Positions 37,381 to 51,073 of a stretch of DNA of 64,000 nucleotides are shown one piece after another. The translations under genes were made by a program, and so were the position numbers. The notes under the pieces were generated by a model, which did not search any database, had not been told where the DNA came from, and saw only the letters and a program-made list of their open reading frames with translations. The first letter of the stretch is position 1, and every line of letters begins with the position of its first letter. Origin of the DNA: Eledone cirrhosa (taxonomy: Eukaryota); assembly GCA_964016885.1 (NCBI GenBank), contig OZ024744.1, forward strand, positions 79,918,001 through 79,982,000. Reading direction: 5' to 3'.

Positions 37381-38174
37381 TTAAACTACTAACTACATGG
37401 TTAATAGCTTGAATCTCACACGGCATTATCTTATGACCATGAACAAGATATATAACTATGCTTTCTAAACAGCAATAGAGCTGAAAGGCAGTGTCTTTCA
37501 TTAGAAATGCGATCACAAAATGATTAACCAAGGCTGACACTGAGTAACAACAATAATGCTAAAAGTAATTTTTATTGTTAATCTAACCCAGTTTATTGGG
37601 AATGTCATTATGTAACATACAGGTGCTAACATTATATAACATACAGCTTATGATGTACCCTAAACCTAGATAAACCTTCATTGAATATATCTATGATGAT
37701 GATGATGATGATGACGATCACTATCATCATCGGTTAATTTCCCATGCTTTTTCATGAGTTAGACTGTTGTCATGTAATGAAGTAAAACAGATCAGGTCAG
37801 GTGACTGTGTCTTGCTCATACAGATCTGTTTTCTGGCTTGGTTTCTATGGATGGATGCCCTTCCTAATGACAACTACATTACAGTATGTACAGAGAGCTT
37901 TTCCTGTGGTGCCACCGCTACAAATTTACAGGGTGGTTTGTGTACTTCTTGTAACACCAGTACAACCTCTTTACAGGACGACCTAGGTGCTTATAGGGTG
38001 AACTAGGCACTTTTTTGTCATAGTACCAGCACTATCACAATACATGGTGAACTGGGTGTCTTTTGTTGCTATGGCATCAGCACAACTACCTTACAGAATG
38101 GACTGGGTACATTTTTGTCATGGTACCAGCACAACCACATTACAGGGTGAACTCGGTGCTTTTTATATATAAAT

Positions 38175-38228
<54 letters not shown>

Positions 38229-38541
38229 TATATTATATTTTGAGAATAAACTCTCAGTCGTTTACAATAAATAAGCTCCAAGAAAGGGGCATTTCCGAGC
38301 AGTTAAATACATTAATATATATGATAAACACAAAACATGTTTGCATTGCAACAGACAAAGTTAGCTATCAATGAAATAAACTAATTAAAGTGAATACAAT
38401 TTGTCTGTCTCGATATAAGTCAATAAAGACAAGCTTATATTGGCAAAAGCCGTGATTCCTGGACAAATCTAAATTTCAAAATCCAAACCCGCTCCGTAGA
38501 TGAATTTGAGTCTCGAAACCTAAATATGTTTCGCAACGATG

Positions 38542-38544
<3 letters not shown>

Positions 38545-38626
<82 letters not shown>

Positions 38627-39009
38627 ATGTGTGTGTGTGTATATATATTTATGTGTATGTATATATCTATATATATATATGTGTGTATGTATATCTCTTT
38701 ATTTATGTATGTCTGAGTTGTGTGTGAGCGTGTGGTTGTATGTGTATATATATACATGGATATGTGTATGTGTATGTATATATACGTATATGTATGTGTG
38801 TGTGTGTATATATATGTGCGTGTATGTATATGTATATATGTGTGTATATATGTATGTATATATATGTGTGTATATATATATGTATATGTATGTATGTGTG
38901 TATGTGTATGTACATATATGTGTATATATATATATATGTGTGTTGTGAGTATATGTGTATATATATATGTGTGTATGTATGTGTGTCTATGTATTTATAT
39001 ATGTATATG

Positions 39010-39044
<35 letters not shown>

Positions 39045-39279
39045 GTATATCGGTGTGTATTTTATGTATGAGTATATATTTTACTTGTTTATTTCTTTTT
39101 AATATATTTCTTTTTATTTCTAAATTTATAGATACATTTTATAAATAGGCTGTTGTCTGACACCTTCAGTAATTACTGACTCCCTTTACCTACTTTAGTT
39201 CTGCATCTAGATGTAAATATATGTGGCAGTGTTTATGTGTGCGCCTTAATATCCATATAGTTATAATAATAATATATAC

Positions 39280-39320
<41 letters not shown>

Positions 39321-39390
39321 CGTGGGTATGTGTATGTTTAGGTGTATATGCGTGTGTGTGTATGAATGTATGTATATGTGTGTATATATG
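38545..39390. repeat. (TA)n/(TG)n/(TATG)n compound microsatellite field
   Basis: Direct reading. Confidence 0.95.
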
Positions 39391-40011
39391 TTTATATACG
39401 TATGTGTATTTTGTCTGTAGATTATAAACATACAGAGACATTAGCCCTGAATTTTTGTATTTACATACATTTTTTCGACATGCGTATGCATGTGAACATA
39501 TATTTTTATATTTTTATGCATATCTGTGAACGAAGTTACTTACATATATACACACACCTAACTGTATTTTCTTGATATATTTTTGTGTATTTCATTGGTC
39601 TATTTGAACTCTGTTCCCAAACAGACCTGTAATTTTGAATTGTTGTTATTATCAATAAATATATTTCATTATTTCTGAAGCCGGCATATGTATGTGTTGG
39701 TATGTATATTCTATTTGATAGTTTGTATAATTTTGTATAATTTTGTACATAGATCTGTTGAATATGCATGCCAATTCTAACACATATATGTCCTAGAAAC
39801 GATCGTTAAATAATGAACTTTTTTTGTTTAATATAAGGAACTGTTTCATTGTTTTATTCATTATTTTTTTAATATTTTATCTTGACTCTGTATTCCGTTT
39901 ATCTTTCACCAAAAGTGATTTTTGAATGCATCTCTTCTTTCCATGATATCCGGATTACATTGAGTTCTTCATACGGATTGGACACTACCGTAAACTTTTG
40001 GTAGATTTATC

Positions 40012-40074
<63 letters not shown>

Positions 40075-40183
40075 GATGACATATATATATATATGTATAT
40101 ATGATGATTTATATATATATATATATATATGATGATTTATATATATTTATGTATATATGATGATTTATATATATTTATGTATA

Positions 40184-42234
40184 GTCGAGGGGAGTATAAT
40201 AAGTAAGGCAATCAAGGATATGAAGACGGGTAAGGCGGCTGGGCCTTCGGAAATAGTTGCTGAGATGCTGAAGGCATCTGGCACGGTGGGACACACCATG
40301 GTCACCCGCATAGTTAACCAAGTCGTACAGAATGGGGTTGTTCCGAAGGACTGGCATAGCAGCATCATCGTTAACTGTTATAAGGGTAAAGGAGACGCCC
40401 TAGATAGGAGTAACTATAGAGGCATTAAATTAATCGACCAGGTCATGAAGGTCACGGAAAAAGTAATAGCGCAACTAATCAGAGAGAGAATTGACCTAGA
40501 TGAAATGCAGTTCGGGTTTGTGTCAGGCAAAAGTACCACAGACGCTCTTTTCATAGTACGACAACTACAGGAGAAGTACCTAGCTAAAGGTAAACCCCTC
40601 TACTTAGCTTTTGTCGACTTGGAGAAAGCCTTCGACAGAGTCCCCCGCTCCATTATCTGGTGGGCTCTTAGAAAACTAGGCGTTGACGAATGGCTTGTGA
40701 GGGCTATACAAGCCATGTATAAAGAAACAGTCAGCAAGGTTAGAATTAACAACGAATATAGTGAAGAGTTTAGCGTAAAAGTTGGCGTCCATCAGGGCTC
40801 TGTTCTCAGTCCACTACTATTTATTATTGCCCTTCAGGCTATAACAGAGGAGTTCAAGACAGGCTGCCCATGGGAACTCCTATACGCAGACGACCTGACA
40901 CTCATAGCGGAATCAATGGCCGAGCTAGAGAAGAAATTCCAAACATGGAAGCACGGCCTAGAGTCAAAAGGACTTAAAATTAACCTGGCTAAGACCAAAG
41001 TACTAGTTTGTAGGAAAGAAAACAAGGCGGCGGTCCCTTCCGGGAAATGGTTGTGCTCGGTGTGTAGGAAAGGCGTAGGTAGAAACTCCATTTTATGTCC
41101 TAAATGCAAAGTATGGGTGCATAAAAGATGTAGTGGGATCACAGGTAAGCTAACTAAGAACATAGATTTTACATGTGGCCGGTGTTCTGGTGCAATAAGT
41201 AGCAGCAAGTGCCCACAAAATACTAGCTCTTTCAATTGCGCAGAGGGTTCTATAGAAATAGTGGACAGCTTCCGTTACCTGGGCGATAAAATCAGCAGTG
41301 GGGGAGGGTGCTCTGAAAGTACTGTAGCTAGAGTCAGAACTGGTTGGAAAAAGTTCAGAGAGCTTATACCACTATTAGCTGCTAAAGGGTTCTCCCTAAA
41401 AATGAAAGGCAGGTTGTACGATGCCTGCATACGAACAGCAATGCTGCATGGCAGTGAGACCTGGGCATTGTGTGCAGAGGATATACGCAGACTAGAGAGG
41501 AACGAAGCTTGCATGCTCCGCTGGATGTGTAACAGTAATATACGTGAACGGCAAAGCATAAACGAACTAAGGAAAAAATTAGAGATAAGAGGGATCAGAT
41601 GTTGTTTACTCGAGAGAAGGCTACGTTGGTATGGACACGTGATGCGCATGAAAGTCGATAGCTGTATAACAAAGTGCAGGGCAATAAAGATAGACGGTAG
41701 TCACGGAATAGGCAGACCTAGAAAAACCTGGGACGAGCTGATAAACTCCGACATCACACACACCTCTCCAAGACAATGTCACTGGACCGAGACCTTTGAC
41801 GGTACTCAGTAACAGAGAAGACCCGCCTTACCTAAATATATAGTAAAACCTACTCCAGCCAGTAGGCATCTCTAACAAAATACACCCCGTCCCACCACCA
41901 CCACCCCCACCCCATCCACACCACCCCGTTCTATGTAAAGTTATGTTGGTGCCGTGCCATCGAGGCCGAAACAAATGAGATCGTGTAGGTGTCACGACAA
42001 AAAAACACACAGTCCACGCTGTAATGTGGCCGTGTAGGCAACACGGTAAAAACCTCCCAGACCCACACTGTAAATGTGGTTGGTGTTAAGAAGGGCATCC
42101 AACTGTAGAAAACCTGCCAGACAGTCCTATGCGAGCAAGACAATCACTCTTGCCTCAAGTGGGACTACCCCCGTCCAAACCCATGCAAGCGTGGAACACG
42201 GACGTTAAACGTTGATGATGATGATGATGATGAT
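40184..42234 (+). mobile_element. Young 5'-truncated RTE LINE (subfamily 1) with an uninterrupted RT domain
   Basis: About 520 stop-free codons incl. GKAAGPSEI, QFGFV.GKSTTDA, DLEKAFDRV, GVHQGSVLSPLLF, LLYADD, the Cys-rich region and RLRWYGHV; (GAT)n tail; flanks repeat atatgatgatttatatatatttatgtata (40155-40183 / 42233-42261). Confidence 0.95.
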
Positions 42235-42529
42235 ATGATGATTTATATATATTTATGTATATATGATGATTTATATATATATGATGATTTATATATATAT
42301 ATATGATGATTTATATATATGTATATGATGATTTATATATACATATATATATATATATGATGATTTTTATATATATATATATGACGATTTTTATATATAT
42401 ATATATGACGATTTTTATATATATATATATATATATATATGACGATTTATATATATATATAATGATTTATATATATATATATAAGGATTTATTTATATAT
42501 ATATATAATGATTTATTTATATATATATA

Positions 42530-43640
42530 ATCATCATCATCATCATTTTACGTCCGCTCTTCCCTGCTTGCAAGGGTGGGACGGGTTTTATTTAGCACAG
42601 TATCTCTCCACTCGTCACGGTCCTTCGTCATCTACACCGTGAGCTTCAACGATCTGAGGTCTGTTCTCACCACCTCCGCCCATGTTTTTCGTGGTCTACC
42701 TCTACCACGTCTTCCTTCAACTGGCATTTCCTGGCACTTCTTCACCCATCGGTCATCCTCCACCATGCGCATCACATGTCCATACCACCTCAGTCTCGTC
42801 TCCCGTACACTACATTCTATCCCTCTCAGACACAGTTTCTCTCTCAACACATTCATGCTGGGTCGTTCATGCACATTGACATTGCACATCCAACAGAGCA
42901 TGCTTGCCTCATTTCTCTCCAGCCATCGTATATCCTCTGCAGTTGCTGCCCATGTCTCACTACAATGCAGCATCGTGCTCCTCACACAGGCATCATATAA
43001 CCGGCCTTTCGTACGCAGGGAGAAACCCTTCTTCGTCAGCAGAGGAAGCAGCTCCCTAAACTTCTTCCAGCCCGTCCTTATTCTAGATATTATGGCCTCG
43101 GAACCCCCCCCCCCCCCCATTCAAACCTGATCTCCGAGGTACCAGAAGCTATCCACCACTTCTATAGCACCCGCCTGCTTTGAAAAAATGTGTCAATCAA
43201 TGCGACTTCTACTGTCTAATTTCCCTGTACATCTACTGCATACATATTTCTCCCTACCAGTTAGTTTGCCTGCTATCCCGCTACATCTCTTGTGTACCCA
43301 GGATCTGCATATCGAACATGGCCATTTCCCTGACGGAATCAGAGTTTTGTCCTCTTTTCTACTCATCAACACTTTTGTCTTAGCTAGGTTCACTCTCAGT
43401 CCTCTTGATTCCAACTGCTGTTTTCATAGCCAGAATTTATTCTCTAGTTCCTCTACTGATTCTGCTATAAGAACCAGATCATCAAGTCTTAAACTCCTAT
43501 ATTATGGCTTGGAGGACTATAATGAACAAGAGCGGGCTGAGGACCGAACCTTGATGTACTCCTACCTGTATCTGGAATTCCTCACTAAACTCCATTCCTA
43601 CCCTGACTTTACTGACAGTATCTCTATACAAAGTTTGTAT
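42530..43640 (-). mobile_element. RTE LINE subfamily 2 3' fragment, internally deleted
   Basis: ORFs 42632-43414 (SRGLRVNLAKTK, GWKKFRELLP, RLRWYGHV, GRPRKTW); short 3' UTR and (GAT)n tail. Confidence 0.9.
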
Positions 43641-43804
43641 ATAATATATATATAATATATATATATATAAAAGTTTATATATATATATATATATAATATA
43701 TATATAATATATATATATATAAAAGTTTATATATATATATATATATAATATATATATAATATATATATATATAAAAGTTTATATATATATATATATATAT
43801 ATAT

Positions 43805-44141
43805 GGAGGCACATGGTTTAGTGGTTAGAGCATTGGCCTTGCAATCAAAAGGTTGTGAGTTCAATTCTCAGACCGAGTGATGTGTTGTTTCCTTGAGCAA
43901 GACACTTTATTTCACATTGCTCCAGTTTACTCAGCTGTAGAAATGAGATAAGACTGGAGTCCCTATCATTCAACTGTAAAGTGGTCGTGGAGGTGCCACG
44001 GCAAAAAAGCACCCAGCACTCACTGTAAATGAGGTGGGTGTTAGGAAGGGCATCCAGCTGTAGAAATCAAGCCAGAATCAGTTCCCGTCCCACCCTTGCA
44101 AGCAGGGAAAAGTGGACGTAAAATGAAACGATGATGATGAT
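43805..44141 (+). mobile_element. CORE-type tRNA-SINE with RTE-derived tail
   Basis: ggaggcacatggtttagtggttagagc...gagttcaattc head; CORE-like middle; tail cccgtcccacccttgcaagcagggaaaagtggacgtaaaatga. Confidence 0.88.
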
Positions 44142-44428
44142 ATATAAAACTATCGAAATATTCAACATTTTTGATCAATTAGATATACTTTCAGAGGTCA
44201 GCCTAAAATCATTTTGAGATTATACAAAGAGCAGATTCTTGCCAGTGTGCAGCTCTGGTTTGTATGTATGTGGTATGTATGGGTACACATGTGTGTAAGT
44301 GAGCATTCATGTGTACAATGTGTGTGTGTGTTGATCAATGTGTATGAGAGCTGAGTACACCAGTGTTTAGATTTTTTTTATTCATATGTACCACAAAATG
44401 TGTGTGTGTGTGTGCGTGCGTGCGTGCC

Positions 44429-44472
<44 letters not shown>

Positions 44473-44484
44473 TTCAGATATAGA

Positions 44485-44810
44485 ATATTGGGGTCAACTA
44501 GAAAAGCTCAACCACTATTCTCTCCAATGCCGCTACATTATCTGCAAGACGTGGAAAATATTCCATCAGCTTTGCCCAAATGATGTTGGCATCACATTTA
44601 ATGTACACCCAAGGCTTGGACCCCATGCTATCCGCCCACACTATAAAATCTCACTCACATCCCATAATAATACAGCACAATTATTTCACCTCAATTGGCC
44701 CCGCTCTCTTTAACATTACACCAAAATACATTAAAACGGAAACAGACCCCATAAAGTTCAAGAACTCTTTGGACAAATCAAAGATGTCAAAGTTATCAAA
44801 ATTATCATAT
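44485..44810 (+). mobile_element. 3' fragment of the CR1-group LINE seen at 54740-57100
   Basis: High nucleotide similarity to 56640-56940 (tggaaaatattccatcagctttgcccaaatgatgttggcatc). Confidence 0.85.
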
Positions 44811-45584
44811 TACGTAAGATAATTATGTGAGGTAAAGGCTTTACCACAAAAATACAGAAGTAAATATATAGTAATAGAAATGATAAAGGGTTAATTTTGA
44901 AAACAGTGAAGATTTTTTTAGAGGTGGCAGTGGAGGTTACTTTTATTTTTACATATCCAGCTGGTGCCTGGAATATAACATACTAAGAACATTCTAACAT
45001 AAAATTATGATGGAAAGTTCTACTTTAAATATGAACACTTTAAAACAGATGGTTTTGTATCATTGAAGGTGTATTGGTCTCAGGTGAATTGTTATTAGAT
45101 AGTCAAGATGTGTGTGTGTGTCTATACTTGTGTATATATGTATAAATCTTCATATGTGCATGTGCACACTTATAAATGTATGTACTTATGCTTACATATG
45201 TGAATAAACTAAATGATGAAAGAATCATTAAGTTCCAGAAATTGAACAAACATGTATTGAGTACTCTCTTCCTCCATCTATAAACACAAAACACACTCTT
45301 GTTAACTCTTAAGCAGAAAATACATAGAAATCATCATTATCGTTTAACACCCATTTTCCATTCTAGCATGGGTTAGATGGGTTGTCCCATTTAGAGACAA
45401 GTTTGGTCAGGTGACCGTGTCTTGCTTATACAGAACTGTTTCTGGTTAGGTTTCAACAGCTGGATGACCTTTCTAACACCAACCACATTTACAGTGTGCG
45501 CTGAGTGCTTTTTGCCATGACTCCTACACAACCCCTTTACAAATGGGCTGGGTGCATTTTGTCATGACACCTACACAACCACCT

Positions 45585-46260
45585 TAATTCAAATGTTTAC
45601 AATATCTTTACTATTGGACAGGATGTTGTAAAAAATTGCAGTATTTTCTCTTAATATCTTGTACTGATTTGGCAGAAAATTTGTAAAAATATGTTTTATT
45701 CAAATGTTTATACTATCTTTACTAGTGCAAAAGTCATTGAGGAAAATTTACAGTATTATCTCTTTACATCTTGTAATGATTTAGCAAAAAATATCTAAAA
45801 ACAGGTTTGTTAATTCAAATGTTTATAGTATCTTTACTGCTGGACAGATTATTGTGAGAATTTGCAGTATTATCTCTTAACATCCTGTAATGATTTAGCA
45901 GAAAATATCTAAAAATATATTAATTCAAGTGTTTATAGTATTTTTACTAGTGAACAGATCACTGTGAAAAATTATCTCTTAACATCCTGTAATGATTTAG
46001 CAGAAAATATGTAAAAATATGTGTAATTCAAATGTTTATAGTATCTTTACTAGTGTAAAGGTCATTGAGGATAATTTGCAGTAATATCTCTTGACAGCCT
46101 GTAAAGATTTAGCAGAAAATATCTAAAAGCGTTTTTGTTAATTCAAATATTTACAGTATCATTATTAATGGAGAAATTGTGAAAATTTGCAGTATTAAAG
46201 TAAAGACTAATTTTTAATATGAAGCAGTCATAGTACTATTTTGTACTTTTCAATGATGGT
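45585..46260. repeat. ~115-bp diverged tandem satellite, about 6 copies
   Basis: attcaaatgtttatagtatctttact...gtaatgatttagcagaaaatatctaaaa repeated. Confidence 0.85.
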
Positions 46261-46681
46261 TCATGCGGTTTATTAATTCAAAGGTTTATGATGTCTCAGT
46301 TGACAGAACATTGTGAAAATTTGCAATAACCAAGTAAAGATTTCAATTTTTAATGTAATGTATTCGTATGGCTGTTTTGTATTTAGCTACATTTCTTGCA
46401 AATCCGATTTCATGTGGTACAGGACGTTAATATTTAAGCAGATTTTGTGTTGTTTATTTCAATTTAATTATGTCATTATTTTCTCAGTTTATCTAAAATA
46501 ACTTTCCACACAAAATACCATTGCAAGATAAAGATTTAGACTCATCAAAGTAGAGATATAAGAGGCTTCCATGTTATATAATGTGTATGTTTGTTTGTAT
46601 GTGTGTGTTTATGTGCAGGGTGAGTGTACCTGTCAATATGTGCATATTGAATGTGTGTGTATATATGAAGATTGCATGTAC

Positions 46682-46716
<35 letters not shown>

Positions 46717-46877
46717 TGCATGTGTGTGTGTGTGGATGATGAGTGTGTGTGTATATGTGGATGATGAGTGTGTGTATGTATATCTGTATATAAGTGTGTA
46801 CGAAGAGTGTGTGTGTGCGTATAAATATGTATGATGATTGCATGTGCGTATGTGTATATGAGTGTGTGTGTATACAT

Positions 46878-47058
46878 AATTGTTTCTACTTTAGGCACAA
46901 GGCCAGCAATTACCCAGTGTATTACTGGTACTTTATTTTATCGACCCCCGTAAGGATGAAAGGCAAAGTGAACCTCGGCGGGATTTGAACTCAGATCATA
47001 AAGGGAGGTAACTCTATGCTGGAAAGCATGGCGTCCGACCCTCTACCTATACTGCCAA
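46878..47058 (-). mobile_element. SINE A copy
   Basis: Match to family consensus. Confidence 0.85.
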
Positions 47059-47439
47059 TGTATACATAATGATTGCTTGTGTGTGTGTATGATGAGTGCA
47101 TGTGTGTGTACATATACGATGAATGTATGTGAGTGTATGTGTATGATGAATGCATGTGTGTGTGTATGTGCATGATGAGTGCATGTGTGTATACATATAC
47201 GATGAATGCATGTGAGTGTATGTGTATGATGAATGCATGTGTGTGTGTATGTGCATGATGAGTGTATGTGTATATATGTGAACGATGAGTGTATGTATAT
47301 ATGTACAATTAGCGAATGTGTATATAATGAATGAATGCATGTATATATATATCTATATGATGAGTACATGTGTGTATATGTGTATGATTTGTGTGTGTAT
47401 GTATATAAGTGTGTTTCTGTGTAAGCCACATGCATATGA

Positions 47440-47757
47440 AGGGTGGTTGGCTCTGTGGTTAGAGTATTTGACACAAGATCAAACGGTTATGAGTTCGATT
47501 CCTGGCAGCAGATTATGTCCTTGAGCAAGACACTTTATTTCATGTTGCTCCAGTCTACTCAGCTGGCAAAACTGAACTGTACCTGTAATTCATGGAGGGC
47601 CCAGCTTTCTCACACATTGTATCATACTGAATCCCCTTAAGAACTACATTAGAAATCCAAGTGGAATGCTGCTCAGCCACCGACATGGTAATTTCCCTAC
47701 TAGGCTGTTCTGTTGTTTGAACAACTGAAGCATCCCTCAGCGGAACCAACAGAGGTG
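47440..47757 (+). mobile_element. Older CORE-type SINE with a third tail type
   Basis: tRNA-like head (ggctctgtggttagag...gagttcgattcc) and ccttgagcaagacactttatttca...gctccagt, then an unrelated 3' half. Confidence 0.65.
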
Positions 47758-47987
47758 TGTGTGTGTGTATGTATGTATGTGTGTAATTAGTATGCATGTG
47801 TGTGTATGTGTACATAATCAGTGTGTATGTGTGCATAATCAGTGTGTGTGTGTGTGTGTGTGTAATCAATGTGAGCATGTATTTCTGCACAAGTGTGTGT
47901 GTGGATACATGTTAGAGCATACATGTATGCATGTGCATGCTTGCACACGTGTATGTTACATAAGTGTGTCTATATATATATATATAT

Positions 47988-48326
47988 GGAGGCACATGGC
48001 TTAGTGGTTAGAGCATTGGCCTTGCAATCGAAAGGTTGTGAGTTCAATTCTCAGACTGGGTGATGTGTTGTTTCCTTGAGCAAGACACTTTATTTCACAT
48101 TGCTCCAGTTTACTCAGCTGTAGAAATGAGATGATAGGACTGCGGGTCCCTATCATTCCACTGTAAAGTGGACGTGGAGGTGCCATGGCAAAAAAGCACC
48201 CAGCACTCACTGTAAATGAGGTTGGTGTTAGGAAGGGCATCCAGCTGTAGAAATCAAGCCAGAATCAGTTCCCGTCCCACCCTTGCAAGCAGGGAAAAGT
48301 GGACGTAAAATGATGATGATGATGAT
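47988..48326 (+). mobile_element. CORE-type tRNA-SINE with RTE-derived tail
   Basis: Near-identical to 43805-44141; flanked by (TA)n. Confidence 0.9.
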
Positions 48327-48422
48327 ATATAGTTGTTGTAAGGTTGCAGGTAAATGTGTCCGTAGGTGGTATGCCGGTTGAGCACTCAGTGCTCGCGCAG
48401 AGCAGAGTATATTATTATTATT

Positions 48423-48602
48423 ATAGATAACAAGGAATCAGTAAGGCATTAAACCACAATTTATTAACATATTACATATGTTTCTCCAGTGAGGAACCTT
48501 CGATTTGTAACAGATCCTGCCTTGAGCTGATCGGCGAAGAAACACATGTAATATGTTAATAAATTGTGGTTTGATGCATTACTGTTTCCTCGTTATCTTT
48601 AA
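48423..48602. repeat. Inverted repeat (~65-bp arms, ~50-bp spacer)
   Basis: ataacaaggaatcagtaaggcattaaaccacaatttattaacatattacat / atgtaatatgttaataaattgtggtttgatgcattactgtttcctcgttat. Confidence 0.8.
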
Positions 48603-48604
48603 TA

Positions 48605-49350
48605 TATATGTGTGTATGAATGTATGTATGCATATGTACATGTTGAATGTGTATGTGGCAGATGCTAGTATGTGTGTATGTGTGTGTATGTGTGTATGTG
48701 TGTATGTGTGTATGTATGTATGTGTGTATGTATGTGTGTGTGTGTGTGTATGTGTGTGTGTGTGTGTGTGTATGTGTGTGTGTGTGTGTGTATGTGTGTG
48801 TATGTATGTGTGTATGTATGTGTGTGTGTTTGTGTGTGTGTTTGTGTGTGTGTTTGTGTGTGTGTTTGTGTGTGCATGTGTGTGCATGTGTGTGCATATG
48901 TGTGCGTATGTGTGTGTGTATGTGTGTGTGTGTGTGTGTGCGTATGTGTGTGTGTGTGTGTGTATGTATGTGTGTATGTATGCGTGTGTGTATGTGTGTG
49001 TGTATGTATGTGTGTATGTATGTGTGTATGTATGTGTGTATGTATGTGTGTGTGTATGTGTGTGTGTATGTGTGTGTGTGTGTGTATGTATGTGTGTATG
49101 TATGAATGTGTATGTAGGCACATAGTATGTGTATATATAAATGTGTTTGTACATGTGTATACAAATATGTGTATGTATGTATGTATGTATGTATGTATGT
49201 ATGTATGTATGTATGTGTACATGTATAAATGTGTATGTAGGCATATGCTAGTATACGTATAAATGTGTGTGTATATAAATGTGTATACAAATATGTGTGT
49301 GTGTGTATGTATGTATGTATGCATGAGTACATGCATGAGCGTATGTATGC
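48605..49350. repeat. (TG)n/(TATG)n microsatellite field
   Basis: Direct reading. Confidence 0.95.
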
Positions 49351-49389
49351 AAGTGCACACGTACCTGATGACCGAATATTATTATGTCT

Positions 49390-49580
49390 ATGGCAGTATC
49401 GGTAGAGGGTCGGATGGCATGCTGTGAAGCACAGAGTTACCTCCCTGTATGATCTGAGTTCAAATCCCGCCGAGGTCACCTTTGCCTTTCATCCTTACGG
49501 GGAGGGGGGGTCGATAAAATAAAGTACCAGTAATACACTGGGTAATTGCTGGCCTTGTGCCAAAAGTAGAAACAATTATT
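49390..49580 (+). mobile_element. SINE A copy
   Basis: Match to family consensus. Confidence 0.85.
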
Positions 49581-49772
49581 TTGTCTATAAATGAATTTAA
49601 TAACTCCAACAAAAACAACAATACCACCAAGAATAATATTGATAATAAAAACTTCAACAGCAACAACAACAAACACCTTATAGGTATGAAGAATACAGAA
49701 TTTCCCCATAGGTCTGATAGTAGTTATTAGAAATTCTTGCCAACAAAGTTTTAAAAAAATTATACAGACACA

Positions 49773-50114
<342 letters not shown>

Positions 50115-50578
50115 TATATATGAAAAAAATCAGGACCCCGACGGCCGTTTCAACAGATAGAAACAGCCGGAACTCAGCCATCGGGGTCCTGAATTTTTCC
50201 ATATTACCCACTCTAGCTCCCCAACTATTGAGTACTCTGGTGTGTATCGGTCTAACTGGTTTTTACCACCTCCAATCTAATGTGTGTGTGTTATGAGAGA
50301 GCAAGAGAGATGATAAACAAGTACAAAGAAAGAATATGGAGGGTAATAACCAGACCATGGTGCTAACCTTTACCCTTGCGCTTGGCTCCATGGTCAGGAT
50401 TTTACCTATCACCATACCCACTCAACATCTTCCCATGCATTGAGTACTCCCATGATTAGTGGTTTCCCCAGTCTCAGCATATATACACACACGTATATAT
50501 ATATATAGTTATGTAACTATTAAGCTCTGTTACCTACATAGAGCACTCTTTTTTCCTGGACTTTTCTGACGGAATTAC

Positions 50579-50636
<58 letters not shown>

Positions 50637-50928
50637 TATATATACACACATATATATATATATATACACATACTATATAAATATATATACACATACTTTA
50701 TACACACACACATATATATATATACACATACTAGATATACATACACACATATATATACACATACTAGCTACACACACACACATATATATATATATACGCA
50801 TACTATATAAATATATATACACATACTATATATCTATATATATGTAGAAGATGGACGTTAAACGATGATGATAATGATGATATATATATACACACGCACA
50901 CACACACACACACACACATACATGCACA

Positions 50929-50991
<63 letters not shown>

Positions 50992-51024
50992 GAAGATGGA
51001 CGTTAAACAATGATGATAATGATG

Positions 51025-51073
<49 letters not shown>

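Noticed and set aside
40157-41812. Intact cellular gene or autonomous element
   Set aside because: 5'-truncated LINE lacking the endonuclease; its ATG comes from the flanking minisatellite and the C-terminus is frameshifted
43805-43880. tRNA gene
   Set aside because: tRNA-like head continues into a multicopy SINE body; no complete cloverleaf evident
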